A DNA stretch of 29,509 nt from a virus (taxonomy: Duplodnaviria; Caudoviricetes): the IMG/VR virus record IMGVR_UViG_3300049722_000006, positions 1 to 29,509 of that record, one strand, 5' to 3'. A program made the translations under genes and the position numbers. Positions 7,595-16,165 of this stretch are shown piece after piece. The number at the start of each line of letters is the position of its first letter. Position 1 is the first letter of the stretch. The notes under the pieces were generated by a model that searched no databases, had not been told where the DNA came from, and worked only from the letters and a program-made list of their open reading frames with translations.

Positions 7595-7936
7595 TTATTT
7601 CACCCTTCCTTCCAGCCGGTCCAGCCGGTCGCTATCCTGAGCAAACCGTCGATCATTGCTTTCCCTGCCGTTGATCATTCGATCCTCAATGCGAGTGATG
7701 CGAGCTGAGTGGTCGCCAATTTGATCGCTGACGGCCTCTTTAACCAGTTTAGCGTGGTCGGTATGATGGGTCTCCACACTCCCTCTGCATGAGATACACG
7801 AATCGGCCATGATTTTAACTTGGGTCTCCAGCCTTGTAATGGATTTTTCAAGCCGTATCTGAATCATTGTCCCGGTGCCTAGTCCGCCTAATACCGCGCC
7901 GCCAATCGTTGATAGTACTGTGCCCCATTCGATCAT
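7595..7936 (-). CDS. N-terminal TM plus coiled-coil protein (holin-like)
   Basis: MIEWGTVLSTIGGAVLGGLGTG...ITRLETQV; SD AAGGA before ATG 7936. Confidence 0.65.
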   Translation of the reverse strand: MIEWGTVLSTIGGAVLGGLGTGTMIQIRLEKSITRLETQVKIMADSCISCRGSVETHHTDHAKLVKEAVSDQIGDHSARITRIEDRMINGRESNDRRFAQDSDRLDRLEGRVK

Positions 7937-7964
7937 GATCGTGTCCTTTATTCGAGATTGAGCG

Positions 7965-10181
7965 TTAATGCACTCTCCATGCGCCGTTCTCATAGCAAAG
8001 CAGAGTGCCGTTTCCAGAATCAGCGGCCGTTGAATCAAATACGGCCGCATCGTCGGCGAAGTTCCGGCAGTCCTGACAGTAAACCAAATCGCCGTTCTGT
8101 GGCGTGAGACTTGCTAAATCTGCATATTTCATCTGCCGCAGCCTCATTGTGGGAGACGAAACCACGCCTCCGATCACAGTCTTTAGGCTGATATTTGAAA
8201 TCACCCCTGTGAAGTTATTCATGTAAAATTGAACCCAACTGTGGGATGTCGTTGTAGGGGTTATAAATTCGGTTTGCGAAGCATTGCCGCTGTTTATGAA
8301 TCCAAGATTGTCTCCAACGACGGTCTGCATGTTTCCGCCAGCGGAATAGCTGGAGATTGTATATTTCAGGCGGTATTGAGCGCCGGACGTTACCAAATTG
8401 TCCTCGAACAAAGCGCCCGAAGCTCCGGAGCATGTGGCCGCGCCGGCCGCTACTGTGCACCCAGCGGGTATGCCGGTCCAGTCTCCAGGAGTAGTCAACG
8501 CCGAGTCTGTGAACATTTCAGCGCCAACAACACTACTATTCTGGGTGGTTATCCCGTTTTGGAATGAAGTCCTTCCTCCGATGGTAATACTACTATTTGT
8601 AATGATCCCTAAATTGTTACGCGCTGCTGGGGATGCCCACTGTTGTGTCACATGAGGGCTTGCCACTTGAATATTGGCCTCATCCAGGATCACACCAGAG
8701 CTATCTAAAAAGTATTGCTGCGCGGTGATTCCGCCGCCGCTCGTCCACGATCCTACGGCCATTGTCGCGTTATGCAACGAGAAGCCGTGAATGGTGTAGC
8801 CTGATCCTGCTGGATATTGGCTGAAAATGAAGGCGTTAGCCGATCCACTGCCGCCCGCAAGGATTTCCCCTACCACGTTATCGAATGATATTGGGCCTAT
8901 TATATCCCCCGAAATGGTCTGGATGCTTACGTAATCGCCATATTTTGGGGCTAAATTCAAATCCCGAAAAGCCCATCCATACACATCGCCGCTGTAACTT
9001 ACGAGCTTGATTAGGCTCAGCCCAGCGGGGTCATAGTTGGATACAGACAAGCCGGTGAACCAGTTTGCCTCTGTTGATCCGCCTGCGGTAAGAGACGGCG
9101 TGAATCCGAGATCGTTCGCTCCGCTAGCATAGACCCCATACTTTCCGCCGCCGCCCCGAATGTCTACGGTGAGGTTGTCAAACCTATTGACCTCTGAAGA
9201 CACAATATAAAGACCCGCCTCTGAGAAATTTCCAACAACCGTCACGTTGCGAACGGTGTGCTGCCCGGCGCTACCTTCGCCCATGCAGGATGTTCCGTTG
9301 TAGACGCACCCGCTGTTCCTGCTCATGTATATGGCAGATTTTGGAGCCGGAGTTCCGCCGATGAGGGTAATATTTTCGACTACGATGCCATTGGCGGGGG
9401 CGGATGATGCCAGGCCAGTAAAATCAAGGATGGAGTTGCCAAGGTGATTTGCAAGGATCTGGCAGCCTCCCGTGGCCGTTGGGCCATTGTATGATGCGGT
9501 AGCTGCAGCGCCGTAAAAGTGCTGATGCGGTTTGAGGGTGAGCGGGGCTGTGACTAGATATTTTCCTGAGGGACAGGTAACGTTTATGCCCGCGTCCAGC
9601 GCTGCTTGAATCGCTGTCGTAACATCGAGGGAACCCGTTCCGGCTCTCACATCTGCGATCTGAGCGGTGGTCATGTAATCCAAAATACTTATGGGAAGAT
9701 CGATGAGGCGGTCATGTACCGTTCTGGCCGTGGCCCCTGTTCCGCTGGCCTTGTAGCCGACGTAAGCGTCCCCCTTGCCTGCAGACGTTGAAGCAAGATC
9801 AATCTTAAATATCTGTCCGAAATCCATCACCGGATCCACGGTCCAGATTGCCGAAGGGGTTGCCGGACACGTTCCCGCCGATTTGTTCCCATACACGAAT
9901 TTGTACGAGGTTGCCGAGAGATACACCGGTCCGCTTGTCGGCCTGCCGGCAGAATCCAGCACAATCGGATTTGTGTGCTTGTGTCCTGCTCCCAGATCCG
10001 CATCGGTATAGGTATCGATCTTCGTCGTGGTGCCAGTGGCGTAGGTGTAAACGCACAGGCCGGACGCAGGCTGCCCGTTGCTGTTGAAGAATTGCTGAAC
10101 GCCAACGGGGGCAAGGGCTCCTTGGGGAAAGGCGGAGGATGCGAACAGAAAAATTATTAAACTCAAGTAGATTTTCTTCAT
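7965..10181 (-). CDS. Tailspike/depolymerase (beta-helix) with an N-terminal signal peptide
   Basis: Virion-attachment motif QFFNSNGQP...VYTYATGTTT...TNPIVLDSAGR; neck ARTVHDRL...SILDY; pectate-lyase-3-like DVTTAIQAALDAG...PSGKYLVT; position after the ejection genes, as for P22 gene 9. Confidence 0.88.
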   Translation of the reverse strand: MKKIYLSLIIFLFASSAFPQGALAPVGVQQFFNSNGQPASGLCVYTYATGTTTKIDTYTDADLGAGHKHTNPIVLDSAGRPTSGPVYLSATSYKFVYGNKSAGTCPATPSAIWTVDPVMDFGQIFKIDLASTSAGKGDAYVGYKASGTGATARTVHDRLIDLPISILDYMTTAQIADVRAGTGSLDVTTAIQAALDAGINVTCPSGKYLVTAPLTLKPHQHFYGAAATASYNGPTATGGCQILANHLGNSILDFTGLASSAPANGIVVENITLIGGTPAPKSAIYMSRNSGCVYNGTSCMGEGSAGQHTVRNVTVVGNFSEAGLYIVSSEVNRFDNLTVDIRGGGGKYGVYASGANDLGFTPSLTAGGSTEANWFTGLSVSNYDPAGLSLIKLVSYSGDVYGWAFRDLNLAPKYGDYVSIQTISGDIIGPISFDNVVGEILAGGSGSANAFIFSQYPAGSGYTIHGFSLHNATMAVGSWTSGGGITAQQYFLDSSGVILDEANIQVASPHVTQQWASPAARNNLGIITNSSITIGGRTSFQNGITTQNSSVVGAEMFTDSALTTPGDWTGIPAGCTVAAGAATCSGASGALFEDNLVTSGAQYRLKYTISSYSAGGNMQTVVGDNLGFINSGNASQTEFITPTTTSHSWVQFYMNNFTGVISNISLKTVIGGVVSSPTMRLRQMKYADLASLTPQNGDLVYCQDCRNFADDAAVFDSTAADSGNGTLLCYENGAWRVH

Positions 10182-10217
10182 GACGACGATCCTCGATTCT
10201 GGTAATATTGCTGAATT

Positions 10218-10400
10218 ATGCTTTGGCGACTCTGGTACTCCTTCTGTTTGCTTTGGGCTCTGTTTGTTCTTTATATTTTAAAGAGTCCAGGCGAACAGGA
10301 TTACGTTTTGATTTTCGGTATCGCTTTTGCTCCAGTAATCATTGGACTGGTGCTAAGACAGGTTGCAAGATTTGTGGTGGGCGGGCAACGGCTCCCGTAA
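10218..10400 (+). CDS. Small two-TM protein on the opposite strand (possible superinfection-exclusion moron)
   Basis: MLWRLWYSFCLLWALFVLYILK...VLIFGIAFAPVIIGLVLRQVARF; AT-rich; overlaps the 3' end of the ejection gene by 62 nt. Confidence 0.5.
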   Translation: MLWRLWYSFCLLWALFVLYILKSPGEQDYVLIFGIAFAPVIIGLVLRQVARFVVGGQRLP

Positions 10401-11886
10401 CGGTTTCCGTGCTTATGCCCTTAACGATCTTCTGAATCCAAAACTCCGTAGCTCCGCGATTCCCAGTAGCCAAAGATTTAGCCAACCTATCTTTCCATAC
10501 GGCGTTTACGGTATTCCATGCCGGGCTAGTTAGAGCCGCTTCCAAAGATTCCCCGGCAACCTTCCCTAGCATCAAGCCCTGAACTCCACCCGTAACGAGT
10601 CCAGCGGCTCCTCCGGCCGCTCCAAACAGTTTTCTTCCAAGCGGCTTGGCCTGCCCTTCCCGTCGCATGATCGTATCGCCAACGACTTTTGAAGCATCTT
10701 TCCAAAAGTGAAATTCTTTGTTCAAAACGTCTATGTTCGGGTATTGCTTCGCAAGTTCATCCCTAATCGCATCCGCTGCCATCCCATGAGCCTCGGCAAC
10801 ACTTTCATCGGCTAGTGCCTGTCCCTGGTAGCGGCCAGCCTTAGCTGCGATCCTGTCGTAATACTGGCGTAGACTCCTGATTTTCTCGACCGGAACCAAC
10901 ATCTTGCCGGTTTTCGGATCGGCTTCGGCGAAACTTGTCAGGGTGTTTTTAAGATCCTCGATATGCTTTAATCCAGCTTCTGCGAGCGGACCCTTTGGCG
11001 TTGCCTGCCCTGCAGCATTTGGAATCGTGAATGCATCCGCTGCGTTTTTATCCATCGCGGCCGTTATGTCATCCAGCCCCACCTTACTTCCAGCAGGCAA
11101 AGCGTCCCATGCATCGCCGATTGCGGTTCCCACGCCTGCCAGCTTTTTGCCGATTTTAGTTTGCAGTCCTTCCATCGTCATAGCCTTCACTCCTCTTTCG
11201 ATGAGTCCAGGGGCGACTTCATTCTTTGAAAGCCATTTGTTGCCCTGCTTTGTGGCATTGAGCACACGGGAGTATTGCTTAGCGGCCGATTCGCTCAGCC
11301 ACTTTGCCGCCGGAGCAGCCTTTGCCTCTAGGATCGGACCAGCCGCCCCGGCTACCGTGCCGATGGCTGTCGCTACGGGATCCCCGCCAGTTTGAGCAGC
11401 CGTAACAGCCCCAGATGTTCCAGCTTCAAGAGCGGTTTTAGCCGCAAGTCCAAGCCCGGCGGCTTTCCCGGCTTTAGCTGCAATGCCCATTGGTAGGACA
11501 AATTCCGCGCCTTGTTCTGCAAATTTCCCCGCTTTGCCCGCCAAGCTGTTAGGGGGATCCATCGCTTTTCTGACTGCAGGTTTATTAATAATGCGCTCCT
11601 GTCCCGTCATGCGCCTTATCAGATCCCCGCCCTGGTAAATAGTGGAGGCTAGGCCGGAAGCTGCCCCCTCTGCAAAATCGACCACTGGCCTGAGCGTTTC
11701 AGGCATTGGAGCAATGGGCCAATTAGAGGCCTTGTCTGCCCATGTCTTAGGGGTTTGAGTTTCAACAGAGGGAGAAGTCAAATTCATCCTCTTTGCTAGT
11801 TCGTCAACAATAGCGCCCTTCTCAGGGTCAAGCTGACTCCGGCGCTTCATCAATTCTCGGACGATTGCCGCCTGATCAGTAGCCAT
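10339..11886 (-). CDS. Internal virion/ejection protein (P22 gp16-like position)
   Basis: 515 aa, Ala/Gly-rich helical protein; third gene of the ejection trio; TAATG coupling. Confidence 0.75.
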   Translation of the reverse strand: MATDQAAIVRELMKRRSQLDPEKGAIVDELAKRMNLTSPSVETQTPKTWADKASNWPIAPMPETLRPVVDFAEGAASGLASTIYQGGDLIRRMTGQERIINKPAVRKAMDPPNSLAGKAGKFAEQGAEFVLPMGIAAKAGKAAGLGLAAKTALEAGTSGAVTAAQTGGDPVATAIGTVAGAAGPILEAKAAPAAKWLSESAAKQYSRVLNATKQGNKWLSKNEVAPGLIERGVKAMTMEGLQTKIGKKLAGVGTAIGDAWDALPAGSKVGLDDITAAMDKNAADAFTIPNAAGQATPKGPLAEAGLKHIEDLKNTLTSFAEADPKTGKMLVPVEKIRSLRQYYDRIAAKAGRYQGQALADESVAEAHGMAADAIRDELAKQYPNIDVLNKEFHFWKDASKVVGDTIMRREGQAKPLGRKLFGAAGGAAGLVTGGVQGLMLGKVAGESLEAALTSPAWNTVNAVWKDRLAKSLATGNRGATEFWIQKIVKGISTETVTGAVARPPQILQPVLAPVQ

Positions 11887-13469
11887 TATTTTTTAGCTCC
11901 GGATAGACGTTGAAAAAGTTCCTCTGTGGAAACATTGGAAAGGTCCTTATCTGATCCTGCCTGCTTTTGTCCCGTAGATTTGTTCTTAAAGTTCGCGCCT
12001 ACTCCAAACAGATTCCAGACCGCCCGATTGGCCGCATTCACGCTGTTCTGCATTACCGAATTCATCTTTCCAGTAGAATTCTCAACAGCTTTCGAAAGCC
12101 CCGTCAATGAACCAGAAGCAATACCATTTTTTATAACCTGATCAGCGTCTTGACGGTCCCTAACATCTATCTGATTACCTGATCTGCCTTGTGTAGCCGC
12201 ATTGTAGGCCGTCAATTCAGTGCGCAACTGGTTGAGATGCATGGCATATTGCTGGGCTAAGTTATCGTTGACTTCCTGGCCGGCCCAAATCTTAAGGACG
12301 TTTTCAATTCTCAATTTCCCCAGGTCTTTATCGTTGACCACGCCCTGCAAGTTCTGAATCGTCCCTTGGATTTCATTCTGCATTATTTTGGTGTAGCTCA
12401 TGCGTTCAATATTGCTTGCCAGGACTTTGTTGTAGGCTGCGTATTGTGCGGGCATCGTGGAAATATCGATCCCATTTTTATTTGCCCACTGCTGAGCCTC
12501 AGCGTTCGCTCGATTGCGCGTCTTTTGATCTCGGCCCAGTTGTGAGGTTTGCCCGGTCAATGCTCTGAAGGCGTTTAACGAAAGTCCTGTTTGCGCCAGG
12601 ATGCTCTGGCTGCTTATGTCTACCGCTGCCTGATCTGGAGTAGTTGTTCCGGCTTCGACTTTTGCCAGGGCCTCTTGGATACGTCCCTGTACTAATAATC
12701 TCCTCGCCTTCCCAGAGGCTATATCTCCCTTTGCCTCTTTCAATGCCAGTTCCGCCTCGGTGACATTCCCTTCTTGGATTCTATTTTGTGCCACCTGCGC
12801 GGGCGTTAACCCTTCGGCATTCGGCATCGTCCGCTCTTGCGCCGTCGCCTTCAACTCTGCTTCTTTTGCGGCTGACTGCTTCGCCTCAACCTCCAAATCG
12901 TTCATGGTCTGCTTCAGGTGATTTCCATACATGCTCATCAACTGATCGTCCCACTGAGGCGGCAATTCTGCGGCCTTAGCCTTGTCGATTGCTCCGGACT
13001 GGACTATTTTTGCCTGATAGGCCGCGTTGCGTTGTTCCGGAGGTAGGGAAGCAATTTCGTCGATTGTATCTGAAAATGTTTTTAGCTTCGACTGAACGGC
13101 TTCCCGCTGAGTTTTATCAAGATTGGCAAGCGCCTGCTGATGATCCGTGATCGTTTTGAGCAATGGTATTGCCTTCGCTCCCAAAGCCTGTACGAGTGGA
13201 GCCTGCGCCTTGGCCGGATCCCCGCCTGAGTCGGCGAATATCTTGCGGGCGGTTTCCTGATCGGCCATGTCCTGCTTCATCTGCTGCAGCTTCAAATCAT
13301 TTTCCTGGATGGTCTGTTGCCCGATCTGCTGCTGTTGCTGACCTTGTTGCTGCTGCATTTGACCCTGCTGAAGCATGTTCTTCAATTGCATCATGCGGGT
13401 ATAATTAGCCATCATATCCGGCGTTTCCGGGGCTTTTAGATTTGAGTAAATCGAGGCGTCAATCGGCAT
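11886..13469 (-). CDS. Internal virion/ejection protein (P22 gp20-like position)
   Basis: 527 aa, Gln-rich N-terminus after MPIDASI, coiled coil; SD GGAG. Confidence 0.75.
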   Translation of the reverse strand: MPIDASIYSNLKAPETPDMMANYTRMMQLKNMLQQGQMQQQQGQQQQQIGQQTIQENDLKLQQMKQDMADQETARKIFADSGGDPAKAQAPLVQALGAKAIPLLKTITDHQQALANLDKTQREAVQSKLKTFSDTIDEIASLPPEQRNAAYQAKIVQSGAIDKAKAAELPPQWDDQLMSMYGNHLKQTMNDLEVEAKQSAAKEAELKATAQERTMPNAEGLTPAQVAQNRIQEGNVTEAELALKEAKGDIASGKARRLLVQGRIQEALAKVEAGTTTPDQAAVDISSQSILAQTGLSLNAFRALTGQTSQLGRDQKTRNRANAEAQQWANKNGIDISTMPAQYAAYNKVLASNIERMSYTKIMQNEIQGTIQNLQGVVNDKDLGKLRIENVLKIWAGQEVNDNLAQQYAMHLNQLRTELTAYNAATQGRSGNQIDVRDRQDADQVIKNGIASGSLTGLSKAVENSTGKMNSVMQNSVNAANRAVWNLFGVGANFKNKSTGQKQAGSDKDLSNVSTEELFQRLSGAKK

Positions 13470-13478
13470 GTCAGCTCC

Positions 13479-14216
13479 CTATGTTTTTTGATACCCGGAC
13501 TGATTTAACATTTGCTGCAGCATGAGCATGTTTTGAATATTTCCGGTTGTTCCGTTTATTGCGCTGCCCCAGAGATTTGCGTTTGAGATTTGGGAGGCTG
13601 CATTAGCGTTTCCGGCGCCCATGACGTTCTGCCCGATCTGGCTCGCCGCCGCCTGCCCGAGATTCGCCGTCTGCCCGGCTGCGTTTTCGCCCACTCCTGC
13701 GAGTGTTTCGAGCCGATTGTAAAGGTTGTTCTGATTTGTGTTGTAGTTGTTGGCATTCGCGCTGTAGGTATTGAGCGCCCGATTGTAGACATTACTGAAC
13801 TCGTTCGATGCATAGTCCTGTCCGTATCGGCTCATCGCTTTTGTCGCGGCCCCGCCGAGTGTTCCGGTGCGAGCTGCTGCGCTGCGCTCTACCGACTTCT
13901 GCCCTTCTGCTAAGCGCGCTTGATATCCGGGATCATTCTGTTCGGTGATAGCGGTTGGAGCTTCGAACGACGCGTATCCTTTTGTCATCTCTCCGCCCGG
14001 CTTGAGATATGACCACAGTTCATCAAGCGCCGAGGCTCCCGTTGTTCTCCACGGTCCCAAGTCCGACCGGTTCTGCTCGTACATCTGTTTTTGCAGCTCG
14101 TTAGCCTTATCAGCGGACTCAGACTGCGTTTTCGCTGCGCTACTAGAACCACTTGAGCCTATAATGGCTCCGCCGATTGCGCTCCCTGCCCCTATTGCTG
14201 TGGCAATGAAAGACAT
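13479..14216 (-). CDS. DNA transfer/pilot protein (P22 gp7-like)
   Basis: Gly/Ala hydrophobic N-terminus; RSDLGPWRTTG and NDPGYQARLAEGQKSVERSAAAR motifs. Confidence 0.85.
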   Translation of the reverse strand: MSFIATAIGAGSAIGGAIIGSSGSSSAAKTQSESADKANELQKQMYEQNRSDLGPWRTTGASALDELWSYLKPGGEMTKGYASFEAPTAITEQNDPGYQARLAEGQKSVERSAAARTGTLGGAATKAMSRYGQDYASNEFSNVYNRALNTYSANANNYNTNQNNLYNRLETLAGVGENAAGQTANLGQAAASQIGQNVMGAGNANAASQISNANLWGSAINGTTGNIQNMLMLQQMLNQSGYQKT

Positions 14217-14698
14217 TTCCCCTCCTGTAACGCAAGGTATTCATCCTCTGGAATAATCCAAAGCTTTTCGACTTCATCCGGGTCGGTTGCTGTTGTTGGA
14301 ATGACGTTCAAGAAAATGGCGTCTTCCTGGCAATAAGCGAATTTCTTGGTTCCCGGAGGCGTGGTGAAAATAATCGGGCCAGTCATGGGAACTGGCGGCT
14401 TGCTCTCGTCGACATAAACCAGGAGCGTTCCTTTGAGCAGAATATTGCAGGTTTCGTTTCTATGGCGCTTGCCCATTATCAAAGTTCCCGCCTTGATTTC
14501 AATCTGCCGGATGTAAACCCCGCCGCCGAAATGGTGATTGACAGGGATCTTAATTTGGTTGGGTTGCTCGAGCATTTTGGCTTCAATGGCCGCAAGATCG
14601 ATGGCGTCCTGGTAGCCTTTTGGTAGCGTCCCGGTAGCGTTTTGGGCGCTTTCACCTTCTAGAACCAGCACTTCACTCACAGGTTTTTCTTCCATCAT
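14192..14698 (-). CDS. Cupin-fold phage protein
   Basis: VNHHFGGGVYIRQIEIKAGTLIMGKRH...ILLKG...PGTKK; common in P22-like tail modules; TAATG coupling at 14698. Confidence 0.8.
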   Translation of the reverse strand: MMEEKPVSEVLVLEGESAQNATGTLPKGYQDAIDLAAIEAKMLEQPNQIKIPVNHHFGGGVYIRQIEIKAGTLIMGKRHRNETCNILLKGTLLVYVDESKPPVPMTGPIIFTTPPGTKKFAYCQEDAIFLNVIPTTATDPDEVEKLWIIPEDEYLALQEGKCLSLPQQ

Positions 14699-15015
14699 TA
14701 CTCCGGCAGCAATACAGCGGTCAGGATGCAATTCACTCCCGCCCCGGTGAAATCAATTACATCGGTCGCTTCAAGAATCTGGTTGTCTAGTTCGTAGCAG
14801 GGCAGGGCTTCATAAGCCATGACGGTTTTAGTAAATTGCGTCAATGCGCCGCCGCCCAGAGGGCTGATTCGGCAGACCACTGCCACAGCCGCAGCGGTTG
14901 GATTGTTCAAAAATATTCCCTTAATCAACGCTTTTACATTGGCCGGGACCGTATATTTGCTATTCGCCGCTGTGGCGTCCAGAAGCTTGCAGATTACTTG
15001 TTTCGGTACGTTCAT
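14698..15015 (-). CDS. Small beta-rich virion-associated protein (105 aa)
   Basis: MNVPKQV...YTVPAN...NQILEATDVI; SD AGGAG before ATG 15015. Confidence 0.75.
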   Translation of the reverse strand: MNVPKQVICKLLDATAANSKYTVPANVKALIKGIFLNNPTAAAVAVVCRISPLGGGALTQFTKTVMAYEALPCYELDNQILEATDVIDFTGAGVNCILTAVLLPE

Positions 15016-15016
15016 T

Positions 15017-16165
15017 TTATCTCCTGATGTAGAAAACGACTGCAATGCGCAGCGGGAGCCCGCCGTCTGCTTCGGATGGCGCATTTACGGCTGTGAGGGC
15101 ATTAGTCCCACCGGCGTCGACGGTGAATTTCGTGGCGCTTCCTGTTGGTGCTGCCGCCGCCTGTTGAGACGCCGTGGCCGCTGCACCTGTTATAAACACG
15201 TCGCCCTGTAAATTCTGAGTCGTGATGTTGTCAACCGTGCCGTCCGATTGCGCCACATCTACCGCGTTTCCATCACAAACCGCCCATAGCCCGCCATTGG
15301 GAGCGGCTCCGTCCGGCTGCCCAACAACAACGAAGGCGCTGCCAGAATCGCCCGGCGCGAATTCCCATGCTGTTCCGCTCCATCGATACAAATGTTTGTA
15401 ATCTGTCGCCCAAAATAACGGTCCAACTTCTTCTCCCGACAGGTCCGGAATATCGGCGAGCTTGTCTTCTAAAACGCCAGATACGTACTCCCAAATATTG
15501 CCGCCGCCCGAATAAATCAGCTTCCAGGTGTAGCCCAGAACAGTTGCCTTATAGAGCAAGCCATCATCGGCTATTCCTAAGGCTGTTGCCGCCGGGCGGT
15601 TGCCATACGTGTCTATCCAAACCCCGCTCAGGTAATGCCAAGTCCCATCTTTCGCTTCGTAGGTCAGGTCCGTGTCTGTCTCGTAATACTGAGACCTTGC
15701 GGGCCAGGCTCCAACATTCGCCCTTACCGCGCGCGTCCCGCTCAGATATCGAGGCTGTGACGGCAGATTATGCCTTTCCGGGAACAGCTCAAACGCCCGA
15801 TCCGTGCGTTCTGGGCGCGGGAGCAAGCCCATTTCGGCGAGCAGGCCATAATCATCAAGCCGCCGCCTGTCGCTTCGCTGGCGCTCTTTAAAGTCGGTTT
15901 CTGCGGGTTGAATTCTTTGGCGCTCGCTGGATACTTTTATCGCATCGCTTATTTTCCCTTCCAGGTCGCCTCTTGGCTCCGGGTCGAAAGCCTGGAGAAC
16001 TTCCAGGTCTCCACCAAGTTGATGATCGCGAAAGGATTGAAGAATGAATTCCTGCCAAAGCTGATTTATGATCGGCTGCCCGGTCGAGTCCAGAAGCATT
16101 TTCCCAGTCGTAATATCGCGCTGAAAAAAGCTGGTTCTGAAATTCGGAACAGTCGTGCGCGCCAT
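15017..16165 (-). CDS. Putative tail needle/fibre-like protein with three Trp-containing repeats
   Basis: Directly after the gp10-like gene (P22 gp26 position); repeats YYETDTDLTY...GTWHYLSG, LYKATVLGYTW...IWEYVSG, FWATDYKHLYRWSGTAWEF. Confidence 0.65.
   Translation of the reverse strand: MARTTVPNFRTSFFQRDITTGKMLLDSTGQPIINQLWQEFILQSFRDHQLGGDLEVLQAFDPEPRGDLEGKISDAIKVSSERQRIQPAETDFKERQRSDRRRLDDYGLLAEMGLLPRPERTDRAFELFPERHNLPSQPRYLSGTRAVRANVGAWPARSQYYETDTDLTYEAKDGTWHYLSGVWIDTYGNRPAATALGIADDGLLYKATVLGYTWKLIYSGGGNIWEYVSGVLEDKLADIPDLSGEEVGPLFWATDYKHLYRWSGTAWEFAPGDSGSAFVVVGQPDGAAPNGGLWAVCDGNAVDVAQSDGTVDNITTQNLQGDVFITGAAATASQQAAAAPTGSATKFTVDAGGTNALTAVNAPSEADGGLPLRIAVVFYIRR

Noticed and set aside
10208-10435. 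75-aa plus-strand ORF as the antisense gene
   Set aside because: TTG start and an implausible C-terminal half; the 60-aa ATG frame gives a cleaner two-TM protein.
13479-14216. Hydrophobic N-terminus of the gp7-like protein as another signal peptide
   Set aside because: No basic n-region, and Gly/Ala-rich N-termini are normal for pilot proteins.
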